A stretch of DNA of 64,000 bases, taken from NCBI GenBank assembly GCA_964428655.1, contig CAYRYE010000002.1:103472-167471 (forward strand), written 5' to 3'. Source of the DNA: an uncultured Gammaproteobacteria bacterium. Lineage in GTDB: Bacteria; Patescibacteriota; Microgenomatia; UBA12405; JAHJSD01. Of the stretch, positions 37,663-47,361 are shown in pieces. The notes beneath the pieces were generated by a model, which was not told where the DNA came from, did no database searches, and saw nothing but the letters and a program-made list of their open reading frames with translations. Position 1 is the stretch's first letter; each line of letters starts with the position of its first letter. Made by a program: the position numbers and the translations under genes.

Positions 37663-38319
37663 TTATTCTCTCGGCGCTTTGCCGTAAATAATAATTGTCG
37701 TTCCAGGATTATTCCTGCTGGCCGAAATACTCTTTCTTTCTCCCAAATCAGGCCTGGCCCAGTAATATAATTTGCCTGCGTCTTCAGTTCTTAAATTAAT
37801 GCAACCATGAGACATTGGATGACCAAAATTGCTGTGCCAATAAGTGCCATGGATGCCATAGCCGCGCCAGCTAGGTATTTTCTCATTATAGAAATACATT
37901 ACATAAGGAACATTGGGAAGATAATAGTAAGTTCGCAAAGCTTTTGAACCGCCTTCCATTTTGCAGTATCGAAGCTTAATCCAAATTTGAAAAACACCGG
38001 TTGGTGTCCGGCCCCATTTGCCCGTTGAAATCAAAAAGTTATAAACCATCCGACCATCTTGGTAAGCATAGAGCCGCTGATTGGTCAGATCTATTTCAAT
38101 TCTTTTTTGACCGGTTGTCTGACCCAAAACTCGAACACTTCCTTCATCACCAAGCAAAGACATATCTACGGGTAAAGCTTGGTTATTGTAAAAAGCAGTT
38201 ACGCCTGAAGGGTCAAACTGGCCGCTTAAAGCAGGAAGTTTTCCACTTGATCCAAGGAGAACCAAACAGGTAATCAAAAAAACATTAGTCACTACCAAAA
38301 AACGGTACCAAAATTTCAT
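37663..38319 (-). CDS. L,D-transpeptidase (YkuD domain) with N-terminal TM anchor
   Basis: HGTYWHSNFGHPMSHGCINL catalytic His/Cys motif. Confidence 0.8.
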   Translation of the reverse strand: MKFWYRFLVVTNVFLITCLVLLGSSGKLPALSGQFDPSGVTAFYNNQALPVDMSLLGDEGSVRVLGQTTGQKRIEIDLTNQRLYAYQDGRMVYNFLISTGKWGRTPTGVFQIWIKLRYCKMEGGSKALRTYYYLPNVPYVMYFYNEKIPSWRGYGIHGTYWHSNFGHPMSHGCINLRTEDAGKLYYWARPDLGERKSISASRNNPGTTIIIYGKAPRE

Positions 38320-38987
38320 TATTCCCGTGCCTCCTCAACAATTTCTACTGCTTTTGAGGTGCCAATCCGATCAGCACCAGCATCTAGATAGGCCCAAACT
38401 CGGGCGGCGGTAGAAATTCCTCCTGCCGCCTTAATTTTAACTTTATTAGCCACCACTTCTTTAATCACTTTCACATACTTTATCTTGGCATCACGAGGAC
38501 CAAACCCAGAAGTAGTTTTGACAAAATCAGCCCCAGAACGCATTACTAAACTAGAGGCTTTTCTAATCTCTTCTTCGTTCAAAAAATAAGCCTCAATAAT
38601 AAATTTAACAATTATCTGATTATTCTTCTTTTTTACCGCCTTGACTATCATGTCTAATTCTTTAAAATAATCAGTTTCTTTGCCTGCTTTTAACCAGCCA
38701 ACATTGGCAGAAATATCCAACTCGTCAGCTCCATTCTCAATCGCATTCAAACCAACAGCAATTTTAGCCTCAATTGTATCCTGACCCAAAGGAAATGAAA
38801 CCACTGTTCCCACTTTACCTTCATCACCCAAAAGCTCCCTGGCTAATTTCACCCAACAGGGGTTAACAAAAGCGGCGTTAAAGCCATACCTTAAAACCTC
38901 TTGACAAAGTCGTTGAATTTCTGCCTTAGTCGAAGAAGCGCCATGATTAGCGTGATCCAAAATTTTGGCCAATTTTTTATCACTCAT
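38319..38987 (-). CDS. deoC: deoxyribose-phosphate aldolase
   Basis: 222 aa; DeoC TIM-barrel signatures incl. Schiff-base Lys region VKIKAAGGIST. Confidence 0.8.
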   Translation of the reverse strand: MSDKKLAKILDHANHGASSTKAEIQRLCQEVLRYGFNAAFVNPCWVKLARELLGDEGKVGTVVSFPLGQDTIEAKIAVGLNAIENGADELDISANVGWLKAGKETDYFKELDMIVKAVKKKNNQIIVKFIIEAYFLNEEEIRKASSLVMRSGADFVKTTSGFGPRDAKIKYVKVIKEVVANKVKIKAAGGISTAARVWAYLDAGADRIGTSKAVEIVEEARE

Positions 38988-39042
38988 CTATTGACCAATA
39001 TAGCACCCCAATACAAGAAAGACAATTAAGTCCTAATAAATT

Positions 39043-39279
39043 TTAACCCATTAAACGCTTTGCTTTCTTCAAAACCGAACCAATATCCCCTCTGTACCCA
39101 TTGGTGCCAATTCTGATCCTTACCCGTCCTGGAGGCAATGGTCTTCTTTTCGCACCACACTGATTTGCTGTCTCTTTTACTGTCATCCGAGTAGTGCGCC
39201 CGTCACCAAACCATTCTTCTACCACACCCCTTATAACGGGAAGCTTTTCTCTATTAACAACAACTTTGTATGATGGCAT
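39043..39279 (-). CDS. hypothetical small basic protein (78 aa)
   Basis: ORF only. Confidence 0.3.
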   Translation of the reverse strand: MPSYKVVVNREKLPVIRGVVEEWFGDGRTTRMTVKETANQCGAKRRPLPPGRVRIRIGTNGYRGDIGSVLKKAKRLMG

Positions 39280-39322
39280 TAAATAATCAAAAAACCTATA
39301 ACGTGAACTAAATATAACTTAA

Positions 39323-39985
39323 ATGCTCTTAAATTACAAGAAGCTAACCAGCTTTCTGGAAATAGACTGTGCTAAAATCTCAAACAGAATGATTAATGCT
39401 CTCTCAGGCTACTTGGCTGGCCTATCAGTGGGTGTTTACTGCTTAGGACTTTGTCTGCCGGTTTTTCTACCCATTCTTCTTTCTGAAAAAAGAGATAATA
39501 AAAAGAGTTTTCTTTTAATTTTAGAATTTTCGGCTGGACGATTGGTTGGCTATTTTCTTTTCGGCCTTATTTTCGGCTGGCTCGGCCAAACAATACGCAA
39601 TCAGCTAATTCATACTCTTGTTTCTCTGGTTAACCTTTGGATGGGGATCATGTTAATTCTCTACGCTTTAGGCAAAATTGAAAAAAAGCTCTGCGCCCTG
39701 ATTCCTTTTGCCAAAATTCGCTGGCCGTTTTTAGTTGGTTTCTTAACTGGAGTCAACGTTTGTCCGCCTTTTATTGCCTCTTTAACTCACATTTTCAATC
39801 TTAAAAGCGCAATAAAATCAATAATTTACTTTTTAGCCTTCTTTTTAGGCACCAGCACCTACCTAATCCCCGCCGCCTTTTTCGGCATCTTTACCAGATT
39901 CCCAATTATTCAGAAGTTGGCCCGAATCAGCGGAGTTTTGGTAGGAATCTACTTTATCAGCCGAAATCTAATTCTTATTTTTTAA
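39323..39985 (+). CDS. polytopic membrane protein with CxxxC in TM1 (DsbD_2/CcdA-like candidate)
   Basis: 220 aa, 6 predicted TM; VYCLGLCLP motif. Confidence 0.35.
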   Translation: MLLNYKKLTSFLEIDCAKISNRMINALSGYLAGLSVGVYCLGLCLPVFLPILLSEKRDNKKSFLLILEFSAGRLVGYFLFGLIFGWLGQTIRNQLIHTLVSLVNLWMGIMLILYALGKIEKKLCALIPFAKIRWPFLVGFLTGVNVCPPFIASLTHIFNLKSAIKSIIYFLAFFLGTSTYLIPAAFFGIFTRFPIIQKLARISGVLVGIYFISRNLILIF

Positions 39986-40390
39986 CCCCTTCATAAAATA
40001 GCCCAATCGAGCCATAAGGTGAAAAAAACTTATCACCACAAAAGAAGTTCCTAAATTATTGTGCCAAGAGAAAAGAAATTGATTGCTAACTCCTAAGCCC
40101 AAAAGCATACCAAAAACTCCAGCCGGAATAAAGAGAAGGAGTAAACTCACATTCCAAAAATATTTAAAACCAGCTTTAGATAAAAATGTGGTTTTGTTTA
40201 CCAAATACCAATGAAGAAAATACAAAACGGCCGGAATAAAAATAAACCAAAAAATCGGGTCAGCAGAAGCCTTTATTTGCTCTCCCAAAACTACTTCGCT
40301 TCGATCACAAATCTGATTACTGTTCTCATCAATATAGAGACTGCATAATCCAGGATAAGGATCATTGATACGACTATAAGGACAATTCAT
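39968..40390 (-). CDS. hypothetical membrane protein (140 aa)
   Basis: Cys-containing N-terminus then 3 TM helices. Confidence 0.3.
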   Translation of the reverse strand: MNCPYSRINDPYPGLCSLYIDENSNQICDRSEVVLGEQIKASADPIFWFIFIPAVLYFLHWYLVNKTTFLSKAGFKYFWNVSLLLLFIPAGVFGMLLGLGVSNQFLFSWHNNLGTSFVVISFFHLMARLGYFMKGLKNKN

Positions 40391-40408
40391 AGTAAAATAT
40401 TTAGTAGC

Positions 40409-41527
40409 ATGAGTAAAAAATATCTTGGCTTGTTAATCATTATAGCAGGAATAATTCTCTCCCTGCTGATTGTCATTAAAAATTCAATCAGCCAAAAAGG
40501 CCTTTCATCAGAAAATTTACAAGAGGCAAGTTATTATACTCAACTTGAGAACGGCAAGGTTCAATGCAATCTTTGCCCCAACCGCTGTGTTTTAAAACCA
40601 GGCCAGCGGGGCATCTGCGGCGTCCGGGAAAATATTAAGGGCAAGCTTTATTCCTTGGTTTACGGCAAACCTGTCTCCATTCATGTTGATCCAATTGAAA
40701 AAAAACCGTTTTACCATTTCCTGCCTGGAGCAAGAGTTTACTCTCTAGCCACTGTTGGTTGTAATTTGGATTGCAAATACTGCCAAAACTGGGACATTGC
40801 CCATCGAGATCCTGAAGATGTCGAAGCAAGAGATATGACTCCTCAACAAGTAGTCAATGAGGCTCTCCAGAACAAAGCTCAAATAATCGCCTTCACCTAC
40901 AACGAGCCAACTGTTTGGTACGAATACATGTTGGACATTGCCAAACTGGCTAAAGAAAAAGGTTTGCGAACAGTGATTATCACCAGCGGCTTTATTAATC
41001 CTGAACCCTTAAAAGAACTTCTTCCTTATCTTGACGCAATTAAAATTGATCTTAAGGCTTTCAATAATCAAGTTTATTCTGATCTTATCCAAGGCAGACT
41101 TGAACCGGTTTTAGACTCAATCAAAACTGTTAAGGAATCAGGTAAGTGGTTGGAATTAGTCAATCTAATTGTTCCCGGCTACACTGACGATCTTGATGAA
41201 ATTGGCCGAATGTGCCAATGGATCAAAGAAAACATCGGTGATGAAACTCCAATTCACTTCTCTAGATTCTGGCCAAAATATAAACTACTTAATCTGCCGC
41301 CAACATCAGAAGAAATCGTCAAACAAGCTCGCCAAACTTGTTTAGATATTGGTTTGAAATATGTTTATACCGGCAACATTGATGATCTGACCGGCAGTAC
41401 CACTTATTGCCCAGATAACAACCAGTCCTTGCTTCGCCGCCATGGTTATATTATTGAAGAAAACCTAATTGACTCCACCGGCAACTCAAAAGTTTGCCCA
41501 AGTCAAATTCCTGGAGTGTGGAATTAA
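40409..41527 (+). CDS. AmmeMemoRadiSam-system radical SAM enzyme, copy 1, with N-terminal TM anchor
   Basis: 372 aa; N-terminal TM LGLLIIIAGIILSLLIV, then CNLCPNRC...GICGVREN, HVDPIEKKPFYHFLPG, radical SAM GCNLDCKYCQNW; paralog of 43436-44503. Confidence 0.8.
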   Translation: MSKKYLGLLIIIAGIILSLLIVIKNSISQKGLSSENLQEASYYTQLENGKVQCNLCPNRCVLKPGQRGICGVRENIKGKLYSLVYGKPVSIHVDPIEKKPFYHFLPGARVYSLATVGCNLDCKYCQNWDIAHRDPEDVEARDMTPQQVVNEALQNKAQIIAFTYNEPTVWYEYMLDIAKLAKEKGLRTVIITSGFINPEPLKELLPYLDAIKIDLKAFNNQVYSDLIQGRLEPVLDSIKTVKESGKWLELVNLIVPGYTDDLDEIGRMCQWIKENIGDETPIHFSRFWPKYKLLNLPPTSEEIVKQARQTCLDIGLKYVYTGNIDDLTGSTTYCPDNNQSLLRRHGYIIEENLIDSTGNSKVCPSQIPGVWN

Positions 41528-43429
41528 TCAATTTACCCGAGTCGGACTGCAAAAAACTACTAAAAGCAGTAAAACTACCAGAAATCCCGAAAGATTAACT
41601 ATTCCCAACCCCGGCAATAAACAAGTGGCAGTTAATAGGGCGCCGAGAAAACCGCCAAAAAGATCAAAGGCGTAAATAAAGGCTGGATCTTTAGTTTTGG
41701 CAAGATAACAGGCGTTGGTTAAAGCATAAACAGCTCCATCAATAAAGCCACTGGCAATGCCAATTACCAGCCAAAACCAAATAAAGCCTTGCCAATGACC
41801 ACCAATAAACAAAAAGATGAAAATCAAAAGATAACTAACTAAAGCTGGCTTTAGCCATTGCTTTTTCCTTTCAACCCAATCGCCCAGCCAAACTCCTAAC
41901 GCCATTCCCAACAGCACCGCCGCAATAATTAACCCTAGTTGAGAATAAAGGTAGCCAATCTTGGTTTGAAAAAGAAAAAGAATCAAAGTCTCAACCGCCA
42001 TTAAAACAAAGCTGGAAGCGCCTGCTATTAAACCTAATCGCCGCTTTGAACTTAATTTGATGTTTAAAACAATTAAACCCGCTAACAAGGCCAATGGCAA
42101 AAACCAAATCATCCTCCCCATTATTTTGGGTAACTTAAAACTGGAAATCGTCTGCCAAAACAAGTGATGATAGAAGTAAGCTAAAGGCCAATGATCACGA
42201 TTTAATTCCTTTGTTCCTTTGTTAAACCTTGCTGTCAGATCTTTCCGCCGCTGATCCTGCCAAACCCAACGAAAATACTCGCCCTCAGTTTCTGGATCAA
42301 TCTTGATTGGCAACGATGAACCTAAAATAATTACTCTTTCTTCGGCCATCAGTAATTCTGTTTCCGGAAAAACCTGGTTAATGGTTTGGTAAATAATTTT
42401 TCCAAAACGCAATGCTTCTTCACTTTGATAATCAACTGGCAAATAAAACATCAAGGTAAAAATTCCTTTTTTGGTTAATTTTGCTTTAACTACCTTGAAG
42501 AACTCTAAAGTGAAATAACGATTAGTCAAAAGATTACTGGGGTTGCCCGGGGAAAAAACAATTAAATCCCAGTCATTAGCGCTTGCCAAAAATCGGCGAG
42601 GATCACTAACAAACGGCTTAACTGATTGATCCAAAAACTCTTTTTGCAGCTCAAAAAGTTTTCTCTCTGAAGAAAGAAAGACTGACTCCTGTGGCAAAAG
42701 TGTACTTGTTAATTCGTTGGCTAAATTTAAATCTCCAAAAGTCAAAATTTTTGCTGGGGTTGACAAAAATACTGGAAACAAACCAGCTATTTGCCGGCTG
42801 GAAAATCTTTCTTGATTATTAAAAACTGGATTGCCAGAAGAAAAAATTGTCTGCTGGCCAAGATTTTCAGCAACAATCAATTGACTTCCTTTAGAATAAA
42901 CAATTTTGGTTAGGTCGGGATACCGCCTTTTTAACGTTTGACAATCAAATTTAGAGGGCAAGGGAAAAGCTGTTTGACTTAAAACAAAAGTATAAAAAAG
43001 ACCGGCAGCAACAAAACCTATTGTTTCCCAAAAGTAAGCCAGGTTGGGTTTATAGCCCGTTTGACAACCTAAAGTAAACAAGGCTCCGGAAAGAATTGAA
43101 AGGGGCAAAACAGCCAAAGCGGTAATTAGCATTGCTTCAAAGAGTGACGGCAGTTCGCCAAAAGGCAAAACACGACTTAAAATCAAACGCAGCAGAATCA
43201 ACGTTATAGGTACCAATAAAGCAAAAATAAGTTGTAAAAACCAAACCAAACGGAGAAATCGGTAAAGCCTTTTTGCCCACAAGCTCCCCAAACCAACAAA
43301 AAGCAGCCAAAAACCTAAACCAAGAGCATAGAAAATCTCATCTCCCCCAAACCAACTAATCAGCTCGCGCAGAACTACTAGTTGACCCAAAAGTGAAAAA
43401 ACTCCTAATAGAAAAAAGAAAACAAGCAT
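41528..43429 (-). CDS. polytopic membrane protein with embedded spermidine-synthase-like (aminopropyltransferase fold) domain
   Basis: 633 aa; TM helices at both ends; central DLIVFSPGNPSNLLTNRYFTLEFFKVVKAKLTKKGIF resembles SpeE DVIIVDSSDP...FYQ...L..GG motifs. Confidence 0.6.
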   Translation of the reverse strand: MLVFFFLLGVFSLLGQLVVLRELISWFGGDEIFYALGLGFWLLFVGLGSLWAKRLYRFLRLVWFLQLIFALLVPITLILLRLILSRVLPFGELPSLFEAMLITALAVLPLSILSGALFTLGCQTGYKPNLAYFWETIGFVAAGLFYTFVLSQTAFPLPSKFDCQTLKRRYPDLTKIVYSKGSQLIVAENLGQQTIFSSGNPVFNNQERFSSRQIAGLFPVFLSTPAKILTFGDLNLANELTSTLLPQESVFLSSERKLFELQKEFLDQSVKPFVSDPRRFLASANDWDLIVFSPGNPSNLLTNRYFTLEFFKVVKAKLTKKGIFTLMFYLPVDYQSEEALRFGKIIYQTINQVFPETELLMAEERVIILGSSLPIKIDPETEGEYFRWVWQDQRRKDLTARFNKGTKELNRDHWPLAYFYHHLFWQTISSFKLPKIMGRMIWFLPLALLAGLIVLNIKLSSKRRLGLIAGASSFVLMAVETLILFLFQTKIGYLYSQLGLIIAAVLLGMALGVWLGDWVERKKQWLKPALVSYLLIFIFLFIGGHWQGFIWFWLVIGIASGFIDGAVYALTNACYLAKTKDPAFIYAFDLFGGFLGALLTATCLLPGLGIVNLSGFLVVLLLLVVFCSPTRVN

Positions 43430-43435
43430 TATTTA

Positions 43436-44503
43436 ATGTTAAAATTAATCAAAGATAATTTAATTATGCCAAACCTAAAGGCCTTTTACCAAAAACAGGC
43501 TAAGAATACTATCCGCTGTCTGGCCTGCTCGCATCATTGTCTGATCCACAAAAGTGAAAAGGGTATCTGCGGTGTTCGAGAAAACAACAAGGGAAAATTA
43601 AAGCTCCTGGTTAAAGGGAAAGCCGTAGGTATGCACCTTGATCCCATTGAGAAAAAACCGCTATTTCATTTTCTTCCCGGAGAAACAGCTTTGTCGTTTG
43701 GCACTCTTGGCTGTAATTTCTCCTGCCAATTTTGCCAAAACTGGACTCAATCCCAATCACCAAAACAAACTGACAATGTCCCTAAACTCATTGAAAAAAT
43801 CAGCCATAATTATTCGCCAAAAGAAATCGTTGATCTGGCTTTAGAATTCAAATCCCCAACCATTGCCTATACCTACAATGAACCAACGATTTTTATTGAA
43901 TATGCTCTGGAAACAATGACTCTGGCCAAAGAGGCCGGCTTGAAAAATGTCTGGGTCAGCAATGGCTTCATGAGCCGCCAAACACGAAAGGCTTTGGCCA
44001 GTAAACTCGATGGTATTAATATTGACCTTAAAAGTTTTAATCCTGATTTCTACCACCAAATTTGTGGAGCCAAAATCGAACCAGTTCTCGACAACATTAA
44101 GTGGCTCTGGAAAAAGGGTGTTTGGGTTGAAGTGACTACTCTGATTATTCCTGACAAGAATGATTCCCCCAGTGAACTGAAAAAGATTGCCAATTTTTTA
44201 AAAGACATCTCTTCCAATTTACCTTGGCACATTACTCCTTTTTATCCCAGCTACAAAATGCTTAATAAACCAAGAACTCCGGCAGAAAAATTACTTGAAG
44301 CTTGGCAAATCGGCAAAAAAGCAGGCCTAAATTTTGTTTACCCGGGAAATATTATTAATGAGGAACATGCTTCAACACATTGCAGCAAATGCGGCCAATT
44401 ATTAATAAAAAGAAGCGCTATTGGAGTAAGGGTAACCAGCAATTTTAAAAATGGCAGTTGTCAAAAATGTAGTCAGAAAATTCCGGGAATATGGCGGCGC
44501 TAA
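43436..44503 (+). CDS. AmmeMemoRadiSam-system radical SAM enzyme, copy 2 (soluble)
   Basis: 355 aa; CLACSHHC...GICGVRENNKGKL, LDPIEKKPLFHFLPG, GCNFSCQFCQNW. Confidence 0.8.
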   Translation: MLKLIKDNLIMPNLKAFYQKQAKNTIRCLACSHHCLIHKSEKGICGVRENNKGKLKLLVKGKAVGMHLDPIEKKPLFHFLPGETALSFGTLGCNFSCQFCQNWTQSQSPKQTDNVPKLIEKISHNYSPKEIVDLALEFKSPTIAYTYNEPTIFIEYALETMTLAKEAGLKNVWVSNGFMSRQTRKALASKLDGINIDLKSFNPDFYHQICGAKIEPVLDNIKWLWKKGVWVEVTTLIIPDKNDSPSELKKIANFLKDISSNLPWHITPFYPSYKMLNKPRTPAEKLLEAWQIGKKAGLNFVYPGNIINEEHASTHCSKCGQLLIKRSAIGVRVTSNFKNGSCQKCSQKIPGIWRR

Positions 44504-46023
44504 AACCAATTCTTATCACTGTTTTCTTAGCTGGAATAATCCTGTTTTTGCTTTTTATTTTTCGCTCCCGAAACAATGATAAAATAACAAAAGAAGAGAT
44601 GAAAACGACTCGCCAATCTGCTGTTTCAGGCAGTTTTTATCCAGCTAATAAAAACGAACTTCAGGAGCAGATCAATGCTTTACTACTATCAAATGAAAAA
44701 ATTACAAATGACCAAATGATTAAATTGTTAGTAGTTCCCCACGCCGGCTATGATTACTCAGGGGCAGTTGCCGCGGCTGGATTCAAACAGATCGAAGGAC
44801 AAACAATCAGCCAAGTAATCATCCTCGGCAGTTCCCATCAAGCCTGGTTCAACGGAGCCGTCATTGATGAAAGCGATTCTTGGCAAACTCCTTTAGGAGA
44901 AGTGGCTCTTGATAAAGAATTGGCTGAAAAACTAATCAATCAAGAAAACGATATTATTTTTTCCTCCAGCCATCATAGCCAAGAACATTCTCTGGAGGTT
45001 GAACTTCCCTTTTTACAAACTGTTCTAAAAAACTTCAAGATTGTGCCAATTCTTTTAGGAAACGCCAATGACCAAACAATTGAAAAATTAGCTGATCTAA
45101 TTACTCAGAACTTTGATGAAAAAACCCTCACTGTTGTCAGCACTGATCTTTCCCACTACCCCAGTTATGATATTGCCCAACAAGTTGATCAAAACACTAT
45201 TAACAGTATTATTTCTGGTGATGTTGTTAATTTTGAAAGAACAATCAGCCAACAAATGAGTATTGGCTACCCCAATTTAGACACTTGTGTCTGCGGCGAA
45301 AAAGCAGTTAAAACAGGCATGTTGATTGCTCAAAAACTAGGTCAGGCAAATTGGCAGCTGGTCAAATATGCCAACTCTGGGGACTCCACTTCGCCAGAGC
45401 TTCGCGGGGCAAGTGAAAGCCGAGTTGTTGGTTATGCGGCAATCATTTGGACGCAAAAAAGCGCTAAAAAGGAACACTATCCGGGATCGTCCCAACTGCT
45501 TTTAAAAATCGCCCGAGAAACTCTTGAAACTCATCTCAAAAACAAGAAAACTCCTGAATATAACATTGATGATCCAAAACTAAATGAAAAACTGGGTGTT
45601 TTCGTCACTTTAAGAAAAAATGATCAACTCCGCGGCTGTATGGGTGATTTTGATCCCAAAACACCACTTTGGCAAACAGTTCAGCGCCAAGCGATTACTG
45701 CCGCCACCGAAGACCCGCGCTTTTCGCCAGTAGGCTATGATGAATTAAAAGAGATTAAAATCGAAATTTCAGTCCTTTCTAAACCTAAAGAAATTGATGA
45801 CTGGCAAAAAATTGAGTTAGGCAAACACGGCGTTGTTCTTCGTCAAGGCAGCCGCGGCGGCACTTTCTTGCCCCAGGTGGCCACAGAAACCGGCTGGGCT
45901 TTGGAAGAATTTCTTTCCCAACTTTGCTCTCAAAAAGCCGGTCTGCCGCCCGAGTGTTATAAAGATCAAAAAACTAAACTTTTAGTTTATACTGCTGAAG
46001 TGCTTGGTGAAAATGGAGATTAG
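44491..46023 (+). CDS. MEMO1-family (AmmeMemoRadiSam protein B) fused to AMMECR1 domain, with N-terminal TM anchor
   Basis: 510 aa; SGSFYPA...VVPHAGYDYSG (MEMO1) then C-terminal LRGCMGDF...RGGTFLPQV (AMMECR1 signature). Confidence 0.8.
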   Translation: MAALKPILITVFLAGIILFLLFIFRSRNNDKITKEEMKTTRQSAVSGSFYPANKNELQEQINALLLSNEKITNDQMIKLLVVPHAGYDYSGAVAAAGFKQIEGQTISQVIILGSSHQAWFNGAVIDESDSWQTPLGEVALDKELAEKLINQENDIIFSSSHHSQEHSLEVELPFLQTVLKNFKIVPILLGNANDQTIEKLADLITQNFDEKTLTVVSTDLSHYPSYDIAQQVDQNTINSIISGDVVNFERTISQQMSIGYPNLDTCVCGEKAVKTGMLIAQKLGQANWQLVKYANSGDSTSPELRGASESRVVGYAAIIWTQKSAKKEHYPGSSQLLLKIARETLETHLKNKKTPEYNIDDPKLNEKLGVFVTLRKNDQLRGCMGDFDPKTPLWQTVQRQAITAATEDPRFSPVGYDELKEIKIEISVLSKPKEIDDWQKIELGKHGVVLRQGSRGGTFLPQVATETGWALEEFLSQLCSQKAGLPPECYKDQKTKLLVYTAEVLGENGD

Positions 46024-47320
46024 AATTAAAAGGCCTACTAAAATTGTCAAACTCATCATCATTACAGCCATATTTGGCCTTGGGATCACTGCCGGCTATT
46101 TCTGTCGATCTAAAAAGTCGCCAGCTAATCCGAATCAGGCAGCCAAAGAGAAAAATATTTACATCGCCCTTGTTTTGGAAGTTTATGACAAAATTAAAGA
46201 AAATTATTGGCAAAAAATAGATGATGAAAAATTAACCAACACTTTTGTTCTGGGAATCGAAAAACTAACTGGCCAGCCTCAGCACTTAAAAACTCTTGAC
46301 CGGGCCAATCTTCAAGTAAAACTAAATGAAATTAACAAGCTATTTGACTCGGAAAAGAAGCAAAAAGAATTTGCCACTAAGCTAGTTGATGTGGCTTTAG
46401 CTAACTTGGAGCCTTTTGGCCGCAGTCGTCTTTATGTCAAAAAAGACGAAATCGCCCTAAAAAAGAATGTCGAAAACAGAACCGATGTTGATCACTACCA
46501 GGTTTTAGGAGTCAACAAAAAGGCTTCGACTGAAGAAATCAATAAAGCCTTTGAAGAAAAAATCAAAGAAGTGGAAAAAGACGATTCTCCTGAAAACGAA
46601 GAAAAACAAAAAGCCCTTGCTCAAGCTCACCGCGTTCTCTCCGAATTAGAAGCCCGAGAAATTTACAATGAATCCGGCATTGAACCAACTATTAATTACA
46701 AATTGATTCGGCCTGACATTCTTTACATTCATTGGACTAAATTTTCGCCCACCACCCTTGATGACATTAAAAGAGTCACTGAAAAATTTGATGATCGACA
46801 AGGTTTAGACACTTTGATTTTAGATCTAAGAGATAATGTTGGCGGAGCAATTGACGGCCTCCCTTATTTCCTTGGTCCTTTTATTGGCAATGATCAATAT
46901 GCTTACCAATTTTTCCATCAGGGCGAAAAAGAAGACTTTAAAACCAAAATCGGCTGGATGCCTAGTTTAGTTCGGTATAAAAAGGTAATTGTTTTAATCA
47001 ATGAAGGTACTCAGTCGTCGGCTGAAGTAATGGCCGCTGCTTTGAAAAAATACAATGTTGGCATCTTAGTCGGTACCAAAACTAAAGGCTGGGGCACAGT
47101 GGAAAAAGTTTTTAAACTTGACAATCAAATTGATCCTAACGAAGAATACTCTGCGTTTTTAGTCCACCGGCTAACTCTGAGAGACGACGGCCAGCCAATC
47201 GAGGGCCACGGCATTGATCCAGTGATTAACATCAATGATCCCGACTGGGAAAAGCAACTTTACTCCTACTTTCACTATGATGAGCTGGCCGAGGTAATAA
47301 AAGAGATTTTCGGGAGATAA
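46013..47320 (+). CDS. membrane-anchored J-domain-like plus S41 (C-terminal processing) peptidase-like protein
   Basis: DHYQVLGVNKKASTEEINKAFEEK J-like helix (no HPD); LILDLRDNVGGAIDG and NEGTQSSAEVMAAAL match S41 LIxDLRxNxGG and catalytic Ser motif. Confidence 0.55.
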   Translation: MEIRIKRPTKIVKLIIITAIFGLGITAGYFCRSKKSPANPNQAAKEKNIYIALVLEVYDKIKENYWQKIDDEKLTNTFVLGIEKLTGQPQHLKTLDRANLQVKLNEINKLFDSEKKQKEFATKLVDVALANLEPFGRSRLYVKKDEIALKKNVENRTDVDHYQVLGVNKKASTEEINKAFEEKIKEVEKDDSPENEEKQKALAQAHRVLSELEAREIYNESGIEPTINYKLIRPDILYIHWTKFSPTTLDDIKRVTEKFDDRQGLDTLILDLRDNVGGAIDGLPYFLGPFIGNDQYAYQFFHQGEKEDFKTKIGWMPSLVRYKKVIVLINEGTQSSAEVMAAALKKYNVGILVGTKTKGWGTVEKVFKLDNQIDPNEEYSAFLVHRLTLRDDGQPIEGHGIDPVININDPDWEKQLYSYFHYDELAEVIKEIFGR

Positions 47321-47325
47321 TCGTC

Positions 47326-47357
47326 ATTGATAATTGATAATTAATAATTGATAATTT
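47326..47357. repeat. tandem repeat (tgataat-like units) in intergenic/promoter region
   Basis: attgataattgataattaataattgataattt read directly. Confidence 0.7.
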
Positions 47358-47361
47358 ATTT

